From Gnetum montanum (taxonomy: Eukaryota > Plantae > Gnetophyta), in the NCBI GenBank assembly GCA_015680685.1, contig MNCI01002813.1:186001-250000 (forward strand): a DNA stretch of 64,000 nucleotides. The letters are read 5' to 3'. The notes beneath the pieces are model-generated. The model did no database searches and was not told the origin of the DNA. It worked only from the letters and a program-made list of their open reading frames with translations. Positions 50,330-64,000 of this stretch are shown piece after piece. How positions within the stretch are numbered: the stretch's first letter is position 1; each line of letters begins with the position of its first letter. A program made the position numbers and the translations under genes.

Positions 50330-52460
50330 GGTCAAATAACAATAAAAAATATAGAGAAGAGAGAAGTCCCTATGTATATTTTACTAGTATTAGAAAATTT
50401 ATTAAGTACCCTAGATAGATATCTTATAAGGTAAATTTTTCCTTGTTTGACAAGAATACCATAAACTCAGATATTAATACAATTAACAAGGTTATAGCTA
50501 ATGATAAAGCTTCTTGATGTAAGATTAATAACAAGCAATTAAGTAAAGATCTTCCACATGTGCTTTCACTTTCTTAGGAATAAGTTAGATCCTAACAAAT
50601 AAATAATAATATTTTAAAAATTCAGAGTACATTAGATCATGCAAGAAACAAGCTAAATAAAATAGCCCAATAGTTTTGGGAATGTCATTTAAGATTTTCA
50701 TCCTTACATCTAATCCTAAAAAACATTCCCTCTAGAATAAGAAAAGGATCAAGCCTCATCCTTATTCAAAAGTACCCTCACAGTTTCCACTTCTTACTAA
50801 ATAATTTCTTGTAAAGAGAAGAAGATATCTTTCTATAAAGATAAAAGAGTATATCATTTTGAAATAAAAAATAAATAGCAACAAAAGCTGAAACCTTTCT
50901 ATCCTTAAACCTCCAAAAAAAAATATTATAGAAAATAAATTAATTATTTAGCTTTTACTAGGAATTATTTTGATTTAATTTATAATTGAAAAGTGACATC
51001 TTTGAAAATATAGTATTTGACTCTTGAGTGAAGGTCATAGTTATGCTCTTGCTACTAGAAAATGACTTCATATCTAACCTTCCAAATAGAGTATAGAATA
51101 AGTGGTTGAAAAAATATCTAAATTCAAAGAAAGGAAGTAGACAAACCACACTAATCACCAAGAATAACTTTGTTAATGCTTGATTGAAACTTATTATAAC
51201 TTCTACATATCTATTTCCAAGCATGCTAACCAATAGGATACTTAAAAAACATGAAAAAATAAGCATTACATCTATAAAGAGTACATTGAAGAGAAAAATT
51301 TATTATATGTTTAAGAAAAGTACTAATAGGAATACCTTAATGAACAAGACATCATAAAAAATACGAATTTTAGAAAATGTAGGATTTTTGTAAATATATT
51401 TATTTTTTTAATTCAAAATTTCTATAGTAATTATATTTTCTAGATCTTATTGACTTTTTTATGAATAAAATATTTCTTTAAAATAATCGCATAAGTTACT
51501 TTCAAATTAAAAGTAAAAGAAAATTTTTCATTCTTCATAAAAATATTTGAAAAACTCTCATACAAACTATTGTTAAATTTAAATAAATTCTTAAGATTAA
51601 AAATTAGTTTTGATCTTTCTATTAAAACCGTAGAGGCTACAAGATTCATTCTAAGTAATCCATCTATCATGAATACATAGACAAGAAAATATGATGATAC
51701 CAAATTTGCTTCAAGTGGTACACAATCTAGATGCTTTAGTATCCGAAGTGGAAGCTACTATGGGCTAATTTGCCTAATCATATTTTATGAAACTATTTAT
51801 GATTGTAATTATAATATTTACTAAGCTTGTATCATGTCTTCTAATTTTTTTTTTAAGAATTGAAGAATTAAGAATAGAAATGACCTAAGGAAAAAGAGAA
51901 TAGCGAAGAAAGTTACTAGAAGATTGATTATTATCATTCATAGGCTTTCCTTGCATAAGTCTATTTATTAAAAGGAGCATCCAAATATCATCTTTATTAA
52001 TGCACTTTCCAATTCATTTTTCTAGAAGAGAAATACTAGAGTTATAGCAATTAATGAGATCAAGTTCTCCATCTTTCTTACTACTAGTGTAGATATCCTT
52101 AAAAACTCTAGAAAAATATTTGTTATGTTTCTTAGAAAACTAAAGAAATTAACAAATATTATGATCAATTCTATTATAAGAATTTTTCATAGGATTCGAA
52201 TAATTAGAGTAATTAACCTAAGTTGATTGAAGCATTTTCTTAATAGCTAAAACTTTACCAGTAAGGGTGAGCTTTCTTTCTATTCATTTATCAAGATTAT
52301 TTTCAATTTTTTCAACTACATAATTTCATAAAATATTAAAATTAGGATCAAAAGGAAAATATATTTCTAAAATTTTGAAGAAAATATTTTTTTTTCAACA
52401 TTTTCAAGGCTTGAGAGTAACCCATTCATCAATATTGCCATTACAATAAACAACAATTTT
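50330..52460 (-). mobile_element. Highly eroded, AT-rich L1-like LINE RT region
   Basis: Residual motifs in L1 RT order: 'TNSSISLLEK' (TLI.LIPK-like), 'QGKPMND' and 'LVSSYFLVYVFMIDGLLRM' (PLSPYLF-like). Very degenerate. Confidence 0.4.
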
Positions 52461-52529
52461 TTGCCAATTAATCCAAGAGCTAGATGACATGTAGTAATCA
52501 TTAACTCTAAATAAAATAGCATTGATATG

Positions 52530-53492
52530 TGATGAGTAGCAAGTAGTCGCTATGTCCAACCATACAAATCACAAGAATTCACATGTGATCTAGTCAAATT
52601 CTATGGAATTATTTACCTTCCCTATGTTCAACCATACAAATCACAAGCATTCACATGTGATCCAATTAAATTTCATGGAATTATTTACCTAAGTGACTAA
52701 TATTCCTAAATGGTGAATTATATAGTTGTAAGTCATTATCCTCCCAATCTACACTTTTGTTAATCTATGTGTATGGTTAAGTTTGGTTGAGGCATAAGAT
52801 ATATATTTTTAGAATTTTTATCTTTTTACATCCTACTTGATAAATGAAAATATGAATGAAGATTTAATCCTTAAATTATCTAACTAATTAATTACTCTAA
52901 TAAATAACTATCCTGGTGTAGATTATCCATTTCCACTTTTCATAAACATCCTACACTTATATTAATGTTGCTGGGTTACCAAGTATCTACTATTGGGAAT
53001 ACCAACTATCCACTACAAGGATTACCAAGAATTAATATGTTATGCTTGAAGTAGTAGTACTTATGTGCTTATAAATAATAACATTAATTACTTAAGAATA
53101 GAAATGTAAATTGCATGTATCAAAGAGTATAATTATGCTAATATAAGTATTGCAATGGATATAGGAAATCTTGATTTTATTGTCATCTATGAAAATGTGT
53201 CTAGGTACTTGGACACTCGAATAAAATGTCGTACAATCTCTTAAATCTACATTACAGGCACTTAGAGGGATAATATTCTAACATACATAGGTAAAAATTG
53301 CAAGAATATGACTAAGGCTATGACCAAAAGGTACCATAAATAAGAGGGGTATGTGTATTTATATAGGCAATAATTGCATTAGCATCAATGTGCCTACATC
53401 AACACATCATAGCATGCATTGATAGGGATACGTCAATGGAGCTACATCAACAAGCATGCATTAACAAAACTTTTCTTATTGATGATTCAACA
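52530..53492 (-). repeat. 3' LTR of the Athila-like element
   Basis: TG/CA termini next to the PPT. Related to the solo LTR 55650-56538 (shared TGATGAGT end and GGGTTACCAAG repeats). Contains an internal ~70-bp tandem duplication at 52550-52690. Confidence 0.7.
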
Positions 53493-53699
53493 TACCCCCA
53501 AAATGGATTGAAAATTCATCCTCAAGTAAAAAAAATGAGGATCAAGTTTCTTACAAAATTAGGAAAAATAATGGGACTTATTAAAAGATTGACTAACTAA
53601 CTAACTCTAAGTAACTCTAAGTGTTAAATTGTATAGTTTTACAAAAATGAATGTCCCTTTACAACAACATTGGATACTTAAATAAAATCTTAGTAGGCA

Positions 53700-56600
53700 C
53701 TTGTTAAATGGATGGAGGCATGATGAATTCTCATATGGTGCCTAAAGGTAGAGGCTCCTTTAGCTTGGATGTTCCTTCATCATGTTCCAATTCTACTAGA
53801 GACTAAGGCTATCTTACTACAATTTCTAAAAGCTTGAAAGCATCCAAGGGTGCTTTTATCTTCTTCTCTTTACTCTAGATATCATACATGGTCCAATATG
53901 CTCCACCTGTATGAGCTATTGAAAGGATATACCATGGGCATGACATTGAAGGAAATTTTTCTTTCATGTTAATAAACCAAGCTAAAAATTTGTTTCATTT
54001 AATATTGAACATCTTTACTAGGTTTTGCAACTCTTGGTACTTATTCATCAATCTTTCTAGGTTCTCAAGAATAGTTCATTGATTAATGAATTACTTCTAA
54101 GAACTTCATGATCTACATTAGATCTCTCTAAGTTCTTTTTTGTCTCTTTATGAAGCTTGAAATTTTCCTCATAATGAATATAGAAGTTAGAGACCTACTT
54201 CTCTAGTTCAAATGTTGTCCTTCCTACTATTAGCATTATCAAGTTTGCATATTGAAGGTTAGCAAGCTCCCTGTACTCTTTCATCTCATTGATCTACAAC
54301 TCCTTTAGGTAGATTTTTTCCTTGTTATATGCATTCACTCCATCAAAGATGGACTATCATACATCACATCATTACTGGACTTGCTAGAGGATCTCATTCA
54401 TCTTCAACTTGGCTAATTTTATTTCTTTCTCATTAACTTTCTTGAGTAGCCCGACCTAGTTCCTATAATGATTTTTCATCCTCTTGAAATTTTAGGGCTT
54501 CGTTATTCTAGGTAGCTATCTCAATTATAGTCCTTTGGTGAATAGCATGAACCTTCTTCATCAAGAGATTCCTGTTTTTAGCTATTAACCTCCTCAAGTT
54601 CAAGTTCACCTTAGCAAGTTGCTTCAACTGGTGGTGGATATATTTGACCAACTAGTCCTTTTTCTACTTAGCATTTTGTAGATAGTAATTATCCTTGGTA
54701 AGGATTAGGTTGTCCTTATAAACTGTAATAAGTTCTTGTTAGTGTTTTTGATCATAGCCTCTAACTTGGATGCATCGAAGATTATCATTTCTTTTGAAAT
54801 CTTGGACTCTTGATATTTTAACTAAAGCTATTAAAAAGTTTCATCTTGTATAAAATCTAGCTAGAAAATGGAAAGAATTGAGAGATAGTCTCTTTAATGT
54901 ATAACTTGGATGGTCAATCAACAATTGCTCATGATGACCTTCTCAAGTTATGCATTTCCAACCAATAATGTACCCCTTGTCTTGAGTAGTTGTAACTAGA
55001 TTTTAGTAATTTCATATGAAAGATCAAAGATTTGTAAGAGTGGTTACTAGATTCTAATAGTCTTTCCAATACCTTCTCATGTTGGATAGTGCTCATCTAA
55101 TCACTTCTTGCTCCTACAGATACATAAATATCAACCATAATAGTGATGTCTAATATAGAACTAGGACCTTCAGAACTATCTGTTAGTCTTGTGCTACATC
55201 AATAGGACCTTTGCCCACTCATCTTCCTCCAACACAACTAAGAAGATTGTAGCATTTCTCAAAATCTTATAAAATATTTATTTGGGAATGAATACTATAA
55301 CCTCCCTCACACTTGGATTGGATCATATGAATGTGTGGTTCCTCTATGCAGAGAATAGCAAGGTTGTTTCACTATATAGCCAACTACTAATCTTCATGAC
55401 TACATTTATATGACTCATGGATAGATGATAAATGGATGACTTCCCACCATCTAGAGATCCTTATTATTACTATAGCTACTATTCTTCAAGTTTCTTAAGA
55501 TTTTCAGCAACTAAAAGCATATCTCATATAGCTTATGGAGCTATAGGTGATGGTGGTGATGGCTACTCCTCTTCTTGTATCTTTGACACTACCTTATTTT
55601 ATATTATTTTCTATCATGATATGGTAGGAGCATGGTAGATCATGCTCTTTGATGAGTGGCGAGGTACCCCTGCACTCAACCATATGAATACGAGCATTAC
55701 ATGCATGATCCGGTCGAACTCCGTAGACTAAGTGCCTACACACCTTATGGAACACTTAAGGTTAATCATTCATTGTATTCCCAGACTTGTATTTTTCTTG
55801 GTTGTATGGTTAAGTAATTTTGAGGTATGTGATTTTTATGTCTTTTGTGTTTTATCTCCTATGTTAGAGAGGTGAAGGGTGAAGAGACTAATTAACTAAC
55901 TTTAACTAACTAACTAAGCCTTAATTAACCTAGCATCAACATCCATTCCCACTTATTGTTCACACCCTGAACCAATGCAACCTTGGTTACCAAATGCTAA
56001 TCGTTGTTGGGATCACCAAGCATAACACACATGCTCAAAGCACTCATACTGAATGCACTTAACTATGAGAGAAGGGTTGAGAGAGATTTAATCAACTAAT
56101 AAAGAATTTAATGATAAACAATAAATAACAATAATGAAAGTCCTATTTAGCCTATTCGATGCACTGAAAGATTTATCCAAGAAGTTCATCTTTATTTCGG
56201 TACACAAACTTGTGTTCAAGTACAATATTTTCTCGAATAAGGATTTTTTTACTTTGGGGCTCCTACTGCGGGCACATAGAAATTACTATATCTCTGGAGA
56301 GGTAAAACTACTAGAGTTTTGCTATAGTCTAGGCCTAGATGGAGAAACAAGGGAGAGCTGCCTCTTATTTATAAAGTTAGCAGTACACCACAATATCATG
56401 GGGAATGATGCAATATCGCATACGTGATATCATGGGGGATGCAATATTGCGGCGAACGCGATATCACGTACGTGATATCGTGGCCCATGCAATATCATGT
56501 ACATGATATCATTGCCCATGCAATATTTCATCCCATCACTCTTTGAATAGAAACCTATCCTCTTCCCCCTCATATTTACATAATTTCCTAATCAAACATG

Positions 56601-57400
56601 AGAAGGATAGTCTCTTCCTAATCTTGTCATTTTCTTTGAAGCATTTTCAATCTCCAAGAAGATGAGCTATGCATGCCCTAGGAGAGAATGCTATCACTTT
56701 ACATGTCCTCACCATTGGGTTTATGTGATAGGCTATAATCTCAAAATAATATTGATCTACCTTTGTAAGGAAACTATACTCCTTGTGGTACACTCTATAG
56801 CATCATTGGACCCATTCCTTCTTTACCTTTAGGTTTTTCTGCATTAATACTTCAATAAATTTTTTCTTAGTATTGGAGAAACTGAGAGCTTTCACTATGG
56901 CCTCAACTAAATAAGAGATGGTAATGATATTAATTTTTACTAATGCATCTTCTTATCAATTGTTTGAAAATAGGTATGTTTCCCCCATGTACCACTCTCT
57001 ACTATTAGAGAAAATGAACCATAAGTGAGATTCTTGTAGTTACATCCTAACCTTTTCTTGCATCAATTCTAAGAAAGATCCAAAGTTTAACTCCTCTAGG
57101 ATGAAACTTTGAAGCTCATTGATCCTAATACATTCTAAGCAAGCCTCTATGATGGTGACCTCCAGGTTAGGCTTGGCCTTTCAGCCTCATTCTTCCTAGA
57201 TTGGCTTGTCTTTTTAGCAAGAATCCATTTGATAGATTCCACTTCTGGTTCCTCCCAAAGAGATCTAGTAGCATACATCACCTTGATTGCTTGCTCTTTA
57301 GGTTATTACTATTGTTATTTTTTGTCCCTTCCTCCTCAAGGTCACTTATCCCTAGGCTACAATATCCTTCCACTTGTGGTCCTCATTTAGGTGTCATCTA
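53700..57400 (-). pseudogene. Degenerate extra ORF (env-like/ORF2 position) of the Athila-like element, interrupted by a solo LTR
   Basis: Lies between INT and the PPT, in sense with pol. Codon-like minus-strand stretches ('AKPNLEVTIIEACLECIRINELQSFILEELNFG') and an E/K/L-rich coiled-coil-like region at 54000-54800. Boundaries are approximate. Confidence 0.5.
55650..56538 (-). mobile_element. Solo LTR (Athila-like family) with 5-bp TSD CTCTT
   Basis: TGATG...CATCA termini. CTCTT at 55645-55649 and 56539-56543. Homologous to 2572-3041. Confidence 0.92.
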
Positions 57401-60400
57401 TGATCACAAACATAACCCATGATTAGCTCTTTAATTAATAATATTTAGTTATTGAATACCTTTGATAATTATATTTCATTATGTTAATTTATTAGGCATT
57501 AAGTTCTGATCATTTAAGTGCTTGTTTATGATCATAGGCTAGGTGTACTATTTTAATATTTTTCTATTCCTAGTTATTGAAGTTTCTTTATTGCTATTAA
57601 CTCTTCATGGTAATTAATTTAGGATTATTTTAAAGATTAACCATCAAAATTTAGAAAAATTTCAAAAAAAAATTCTAAAAATACTAAATATTTGTATCCC
57701 CCATGATGTAAAGCATAACTTCGGTATCTTAAGGGTTGAAAAATGGATGAAAATGAGTATGCCATCTAAAAGTTAAGATGCTCAGAAGATTATTGGACTC
57801 TAAAAAATTACAAAACTCCTTAGTGGTTTTGGAAAATGGTAAAAAATGAGGTAATTATCTCATGTATTTATAGATTTTTTGTGCTATGTTGATGGGGATA
57901 CATCAATGTAACTATTCTTAGCTATTTTTTCCATTGAGAACCATAAGAATTTTGAGCAATTTTTGGAATGAAACAAGATTCAAATGGAAGCTAAAAAGAT
58001 GTAGAATAATAGGAACAACATGAAAGAGGGTAGTTTTATCCTAGGATAAGTAATTCTATTGGGTTTTCTAAGTAGAGAAAAAATTGGATGTTTTAATAAT
58101 ATCAAGATGATTGATCAAGTAAGAAATCAATGGTAGGAAATTTTACGTAAGTTAGACCAAATGAATGCAAGTAGGTCCTCCCCAAATTAAGAATAGCCCT
58201 ATTATTCCTTTTTATACTTTCATCACAAAGAGTTTGTGAGCCCCAAGGATGATGAATGATTGGCTTAAGTTAAATTCTATACCCAAAAAAGTAATTATCC
58301 CAAGGTTATTCTTTATAGAAATAATACTAAATAATTTTCTATGATATGAGGTAGTGGCATGGTACAACATGAGATGTATGAATGGTAGAGAGAAAGAGAA
58401 TAGGGAAGACATAATTAGCATCCTAGTTGCATGAGGTTATTAGTGAAAATTATGATTAAGATGATTTGATACCAATATATTGCAAGTCTAGACCAAGTCC
58501 ATTCCATTTTTAGTGACCTTAAATTAACATATGCCTTCTTCACATTGATCAGAAGTTTAGAATGATCCCTAAGGAACAACCATCACTCCCAAATAAGGAA
58601 GTAGAAAGAGCCTTAGTTAGAGGAGTGTCATTAGGCATGGATAATATGTCCTTTTAGATCCATGACCAATGCTTGTAGCTCATTATTGAGTCTATAGGGT
58701 GTGCTTTGAATTTCCATGTTTTTTTTTCATGAGAACCACAAAATGCAAAGACATGCTTCTTGTTATGATCGAAAATAGGAGTAATGATATACCAATGGAA
58801 TATCATTAAACTTAAGAATGATATTGAGGGAAATCATATCAAATTTCCTTGAGGTCACACAATTTTCCATTTGCATTGATCCTTTTCTAGCTTTTTGGGT
58901 ATGAACATCATTAATTACCTTTAAGTTATAATGTAAAAGAACCTATGTGCTTCCAGGATATTAATTACCCATGAAATAGATGGAATGAATGAATGTTGTG
59001 ATCTGACTACCTGATGCCACTAGAAATTTGATAGATTGTTTGTATAAAATATATTCCAAAGATAAAAATTGGTCTTTTGATTAATTAATCATAATAGTGA
59101 TAGCTACTTTAATTAAATTTTCATATTCATAGTAGTAATAACAAAATAAAAGGTTTCCAATAAGACTAGATGAACTTTTAAAGAAGAAAAAGAAAAGAAA
59201 AGAATAGAAAACATCTAAAATAATCAATAAAATATTTAAGAAAATGAAAAAAAATATATAAAAATTGCAAAAAAAAAAAGATGTAAAATTGATCAACCTC
59301 ATCAAGATGTTAGTATGGATGGCCATATCCCTCATGACTATGTTAAAAGAAAAAGATTCAAAAAATAGAGCATGCTTGTACATGCTCAAAGGTATCAATG
59401 TTGTTGGTTACTTTGGATTTCATGAATGACTTAAGTTGATGTATGTTGGCTAACATACATTTGTAAGGACTCAATCAGTGGTAAATGGCCATGGTCCTAG
59501 AAAGAAATGTTGCATTTATAATGTAAGGTCCTTCACATAAATTTTAAAACTTAGTGTGTTGTGGGATTCTAGTAAAGAACCCTAACATTAGGTTTGAAAT
59601 TAAATCTTCTTATTGATGCTTCATGATGTTAGTTATGATGTGCATTGTATACTTCATTCATCATCAAGCCTACATAAGTCTCATCTAGCCTGTTAAGTGT
59701 TATTAAATATTCTTTTTTGGGCTATATTAATGTCCAGGTCAAGCTCATAGGCCATTATGAGTGTACAGAGTCTAGATTACAATGGAAAATTTGGCAACTT
59801 TTTGTACACTATAGGAAGCTCACAAGTGGAATGATATGTCTAGAGAGCATCATTAAGTTTTTTGCTCTAGTCCATGCTATATCTACTTATTATTCTTATT
59901 AGGATCCTAGTAATTTCCCTATTAGTAAATTTAACTTAACTATTTTCTTGGGGATGATATCGGGTTGTAAGTTTATGTTGGACCCCTAATCATTGCATTA
60001 ACTTTTAAAAAGTAGATTCTATGAAGTGTGTTCCATTGTCAAAAATAAGTGCTCTAGGGACACCAAACTTGTTTATCACCTATTGTTATATAAACTAGCT
60101 GTAATGTTAGATGTATATTTTGATACTACTATAGTATCATCCCACTTGGTGTAGTAGTCAATAACAACTATGATGTATGCCTTTCCATTTAATATTGGAG
60201 TGATGGGTCCCATAAAGTTAATGCCCTAAAGGTTGAAAGGCTCCAGTGGTTCAATCCACAATTGGAATCCTTCCATCCATATAGTCATTCTTCCATCTCT
60301 ATAACATCGCTTACAAGAAGAGAAGAACTGATGAACATCCTTAAAGATGATTGGCCAAAATTATTCTAGCATGAGGATATTTTTGGACATACTCCTTTCA

Positions 60401-63400
60401 ATGTAGTGGCCCCCACAAGGACCTTCATGAGCATCTTGGAAGATGCACAACTAATTAGCATCAAGAAGACATCATCAAACCAGGCCATTGGGTACAAACC
60501 TTGTCAAGGTTACCTTGGATTTCCATATAATGCTTGACCTAGTGAAGAAAGTATTGTTTCTTCTTATTATCCCATTTAGCTAAAGTCTCCTATGTGGGAA
60601 GATAGATGAGAAACTCATCATACCAATTGGTAACCCTTTGCTCTTCAACTTCAATGAATTTAGCAAAGATAATTTCATGTGGAAATTAATCAAATAAAGG
60701 TTCCTCATCCTCCTCTATCCTATCATAATTTAGAAAAATGATTAGAAACTATGTTCTTGGTTTCTTTCATGTCCATCATGGTAAGGTTAAACTCTTGTAA
60801 AATTACTAGCCACTTTATCCCATAGGGACTAACATCTAACTTGTTCATTAGGAAATGGATGGCCCTATGATCAATAAGCACAAAAATTTTATATCTAAGC
60901 ACATAGTGCTTGAAATTTTCCAACACATACACTGCTACCATGAGCTTTTTCTTAATGGTTGTGTAATTTAGTTGTGCATCCACAATGCTTCTAATAAAAT
61001 AGTGAATGTAATATGGATGTTTTTGGTTAGCCAATTATGTAAGCACTACCTCCAATGCATAGTTGAATACATCCATCATTATGTGGAATGGCCTAGACCA
61101 ATTAGGAGCATGCAGAATTGAAGTTTTACACATTCCCTAGTCTATTTGAAGGTGACATCCTTCTTTCTTAGCTCCACTAGTAACTTGAAAAATTTTCAAA
61201 AATTTTCTATGATGTGCTAATATTAACCAATATATCCAAGAAATGACCTCACATATTTTATAGTTTAAGGTTGCCTAGTGATTCCTTGGATGACCCATAC
61301 TTTCTCTAGGTTCACCTTAATCCCTTTTCCTAAAATCCAATGCCCCAAGATTATGCCCTCTTGGATCATCAAGTCACTTTTCTACCAATTAATGTATAAG
61401 TTTGTCTTTGCATAGTGCTTTAACACTTGATCTAGACTATCTAAGGCTTGCTAAAATTTGGTATCACAGGTGGAGAATTCATCCATGAAAACTTCCATAC
61501 CACTACCAATTTGCTACTGAAAAATACTAAGTACTAAGAATTGGAAATTTATGGGAGCATTTCAAAGGTAAAATGTAATCTTCTTATATGCAAAAGGTCC
61601 CTAGGGACTTATGAAAGTTATCTTAGCATGGAATTTTGATGCTATTTGAATTTGATTATATCCACTATAACCATCCAAAAACTATAGTAGTTATACCCTA
61701 CAATTGTATCTAGCTTCTAGTTCAAAAATGATAATGAAAAATGATCTTTAAATGTTACCATATTCAATAGGTTAGAGTCTATACAAAATCCCCATTTATC
61801 TCTATTATTTGGCACAACCAAGATTGAGCTCATCCACTCACTATCTGATACAAAATAGATGAATTTATACATAAGAAGTTGTTTCACTTCATCCTTAATA
61901 ACCTACTTAAGTTTTAGATTCAATCTTCTTCACAACTACCTCCTTGGTTTGATGGAGGAGTTTGTATAGATTCAATGCTTACATATCCATGGAGATATTC
62001 CTGTCAAATCATGCAATGACCATGAATATATTGTTGGCCATTTTTTCACTACTTGTAGTAGTTGATTTTTCTATTCTTGGATGAAATTAGCATTGATAAT
62101 TATTGGCTTTTCATTCTTAAGATAAGCATATTTTAATGTTGCTAGTAAATCCTTAAGGTCAAGAGGGTTTAGCTTAAAATCATTAGGGATTTTTAATTCT
62201 TCACAATTCATTTCTATATTTTTGTTGGGGATTTTTTTATGAATTTCCTCCATTCCATCCATGTGGTCTATGTAAGCACTTATGAGGAGCCCAATTGGTT
62301 CCATGCATATTGTTGATTCAAAATTATTATTTGTTGTCAGCTACTAGGTATCTTCTTGTTTTGTGGTTACTACATACAAGAACCATTGAATATTTGATGT
62401 CTCAACATACTTATTACATGCTATTATGGATGTACTTTTCATAGCCCATATCCTTTGCACACAATGGTATCTTGTATAACTATATGCGATGCATGGGACT
62501 TGCTTCTTCTCAAGCTACCTGATTTCATTTTCCTTGAATATTTCCAAAGAAATATCTCTCATCCCCATCTTGATGTTAATTATATTGACCTAAGCACTTC
62601 CCATCATAATAGAAAAGTTCCGTTTGTAATTATCCACATGGATCATCAAGAAATCTACTAGATATGATTGATCATAGATGGTGGTCATAATATCTTTCAC
62701 AAATTCCAAAGGAATAGAGATGCATTGGTATGCAAGTTATAGTTTGACGTTGCATTTCTTAAGTAGAGGCAAGTTCTAGGTCTTATACATCTTCTAATAA
62801 ATTAAGTTCATCTCAAAACTTGCATCTAGTATACCTTTGCAGGGATCATTTCCTATAATCTACAAATAGATTAGTTGACTTCAAGGATCATATAATTTCC
62901 TCAAAATGTTTCTTATCTTGATTCAATCTATGATCACATGAGTCAACATGATAGTATAAACATTTGAGGACATTTGATTTGAAGGAGGCTCGAGGATAAT
63001 TTTGGAAGTAGTTTATGTAGGATTAGTAGCCATAGATGTCTGTGAGGATTTTTGCATACTTCACTTAAAGAAAGAACTCTTTTTAGGGTTATGCTTAAAT
63101 CCACTCAAATAGCTATCCATATGTAAGTTACTTCCCTTGTGTTATTTCATTATTATGTCAGCGGTGGAATTTTTCATTACATAGGTGACACAGGTGATAA
63201 GGAATTGGTGTTAAAAAGTGCTAGATGAGTTGGTGGATATGAATGAGAATAAGTGGAGGAAGACTAAATTATTGAAGTGAGTATTCTATGATATTTTGAA
63301 TGATATTAGTGATGAGAGAAAGAAGTGTGGCGTATAGAGCCATGAAGAAACACAAGTCACTAGACATAATATCCATAAGAGTCTGCCTATCCATAAGAAA

Positions 63401-64000
63401 ATTGCTACTGTGGTGGTGACATCTTTCACGACTATGGGTTTTACTATTCTTGGTACTTCTTCTAAGATTTATGTAGTACCTCACTTGGATAATATTATAT
63501 TAGATGGGATTGTTACCTATAATTTATTTGTAAACAAGACAATCTCTTGGGTGATTACTTTCTTGTTAATTTTGGATTTAATGCATACACCCCATATTCC
63601 TGAAGATGTAACATTATGGGACAACATCCCTTGGAATTTTTATTTTGGTAAATTTTACATTCATCATCATCTATTTCTTAACTTATAACCTAATCCATTA
63701 TTGCAATCTTTTCTTTCTACTAATAGTAATCCCTACCTATATCTTTCCGTCTTTTATCTTTATCTTTACTTCTCTACTCTGTCTTCTCCTCTACAATTTT
63801 AAAAGCACTTTGAAACTTTTCATCCAATAAATCCCACATTTTATCCACCATAGTTGATATTTCAATATAAAATTTCTAAATCAACAATGTTTTTCCTTAT
63901 ACGACTTCATCTAGTGGTTCTTTCATTTTTGAATCATAGAAATACACCTTCCTTTTGTCAATGGAGGGATTCTTATTATATTCCTCTACACTTTTTTATT

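Larger units (their letters stand above)
52530..64000 (-). mobile_element. Athila-like Ty3/gypsy element (gag end, pro, RT, RH, INT, extra ORF, PPT, 3' LTR); extends beyond the window
   Basis: 'RRLNLKLK*VIKDEVKQLL...VSDSEW' (~61830-61930), 'VFMDEF', RH 'DHRAIHFLMNK...IKWLVILQEF...NIVSNHFSKL', INT 'HEGPCGGHY...INFMGP...DYYTKWDD' (59400-60450), PPT TTTTGGGGGTA at 53493-53503, LTR 52530-53492. Confidence 0.85.

Noticed and set aside
52525-53392. ATATG/ATGTG as the TSD of a solo LTR at 52530-53387
   Set aside because: The match is imperfect, and a PPT-adjacent TG at 53492 explains this LTR better as the 3' LTR of the Athila-like element.

Overview
This window looks like heterochromatic land-plant nuclear DNA; the element types and heavy CG/CHG deamination suggest a large, gymnosperm-like genome (inference). 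It consists almost entirely of old, nested and degenerate retroelements. These include six pieces of one Ty3/gypsy Tat-type family (tRNA-Asn PBS, RT-RH-aRH-INT) between about 11.3 and 49.7 kb, Athila-like elements at both ends, a chromovirus-like LTR, and copia, L1 and RTE remnants. The only host-gene trace is one pseudogenised FAHD1 exon at 11030-11195 (-). No intact long CDS is present. The most striking feature is the Tat-family architecture. gag-protease and RT-RH-aRH-INT are separated by several kb that contain a multi-exon antisense accessory gene, with four phase-compatible GT-AG introns. pol has its own splice acceptor and AUG in three copies. A shared 13-bp motif forms tandem arrays at the non-coding junctions. 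Four family members have inserted into the accessory gene of a relative. One copy has its RT core replaced by telomeric repeats.
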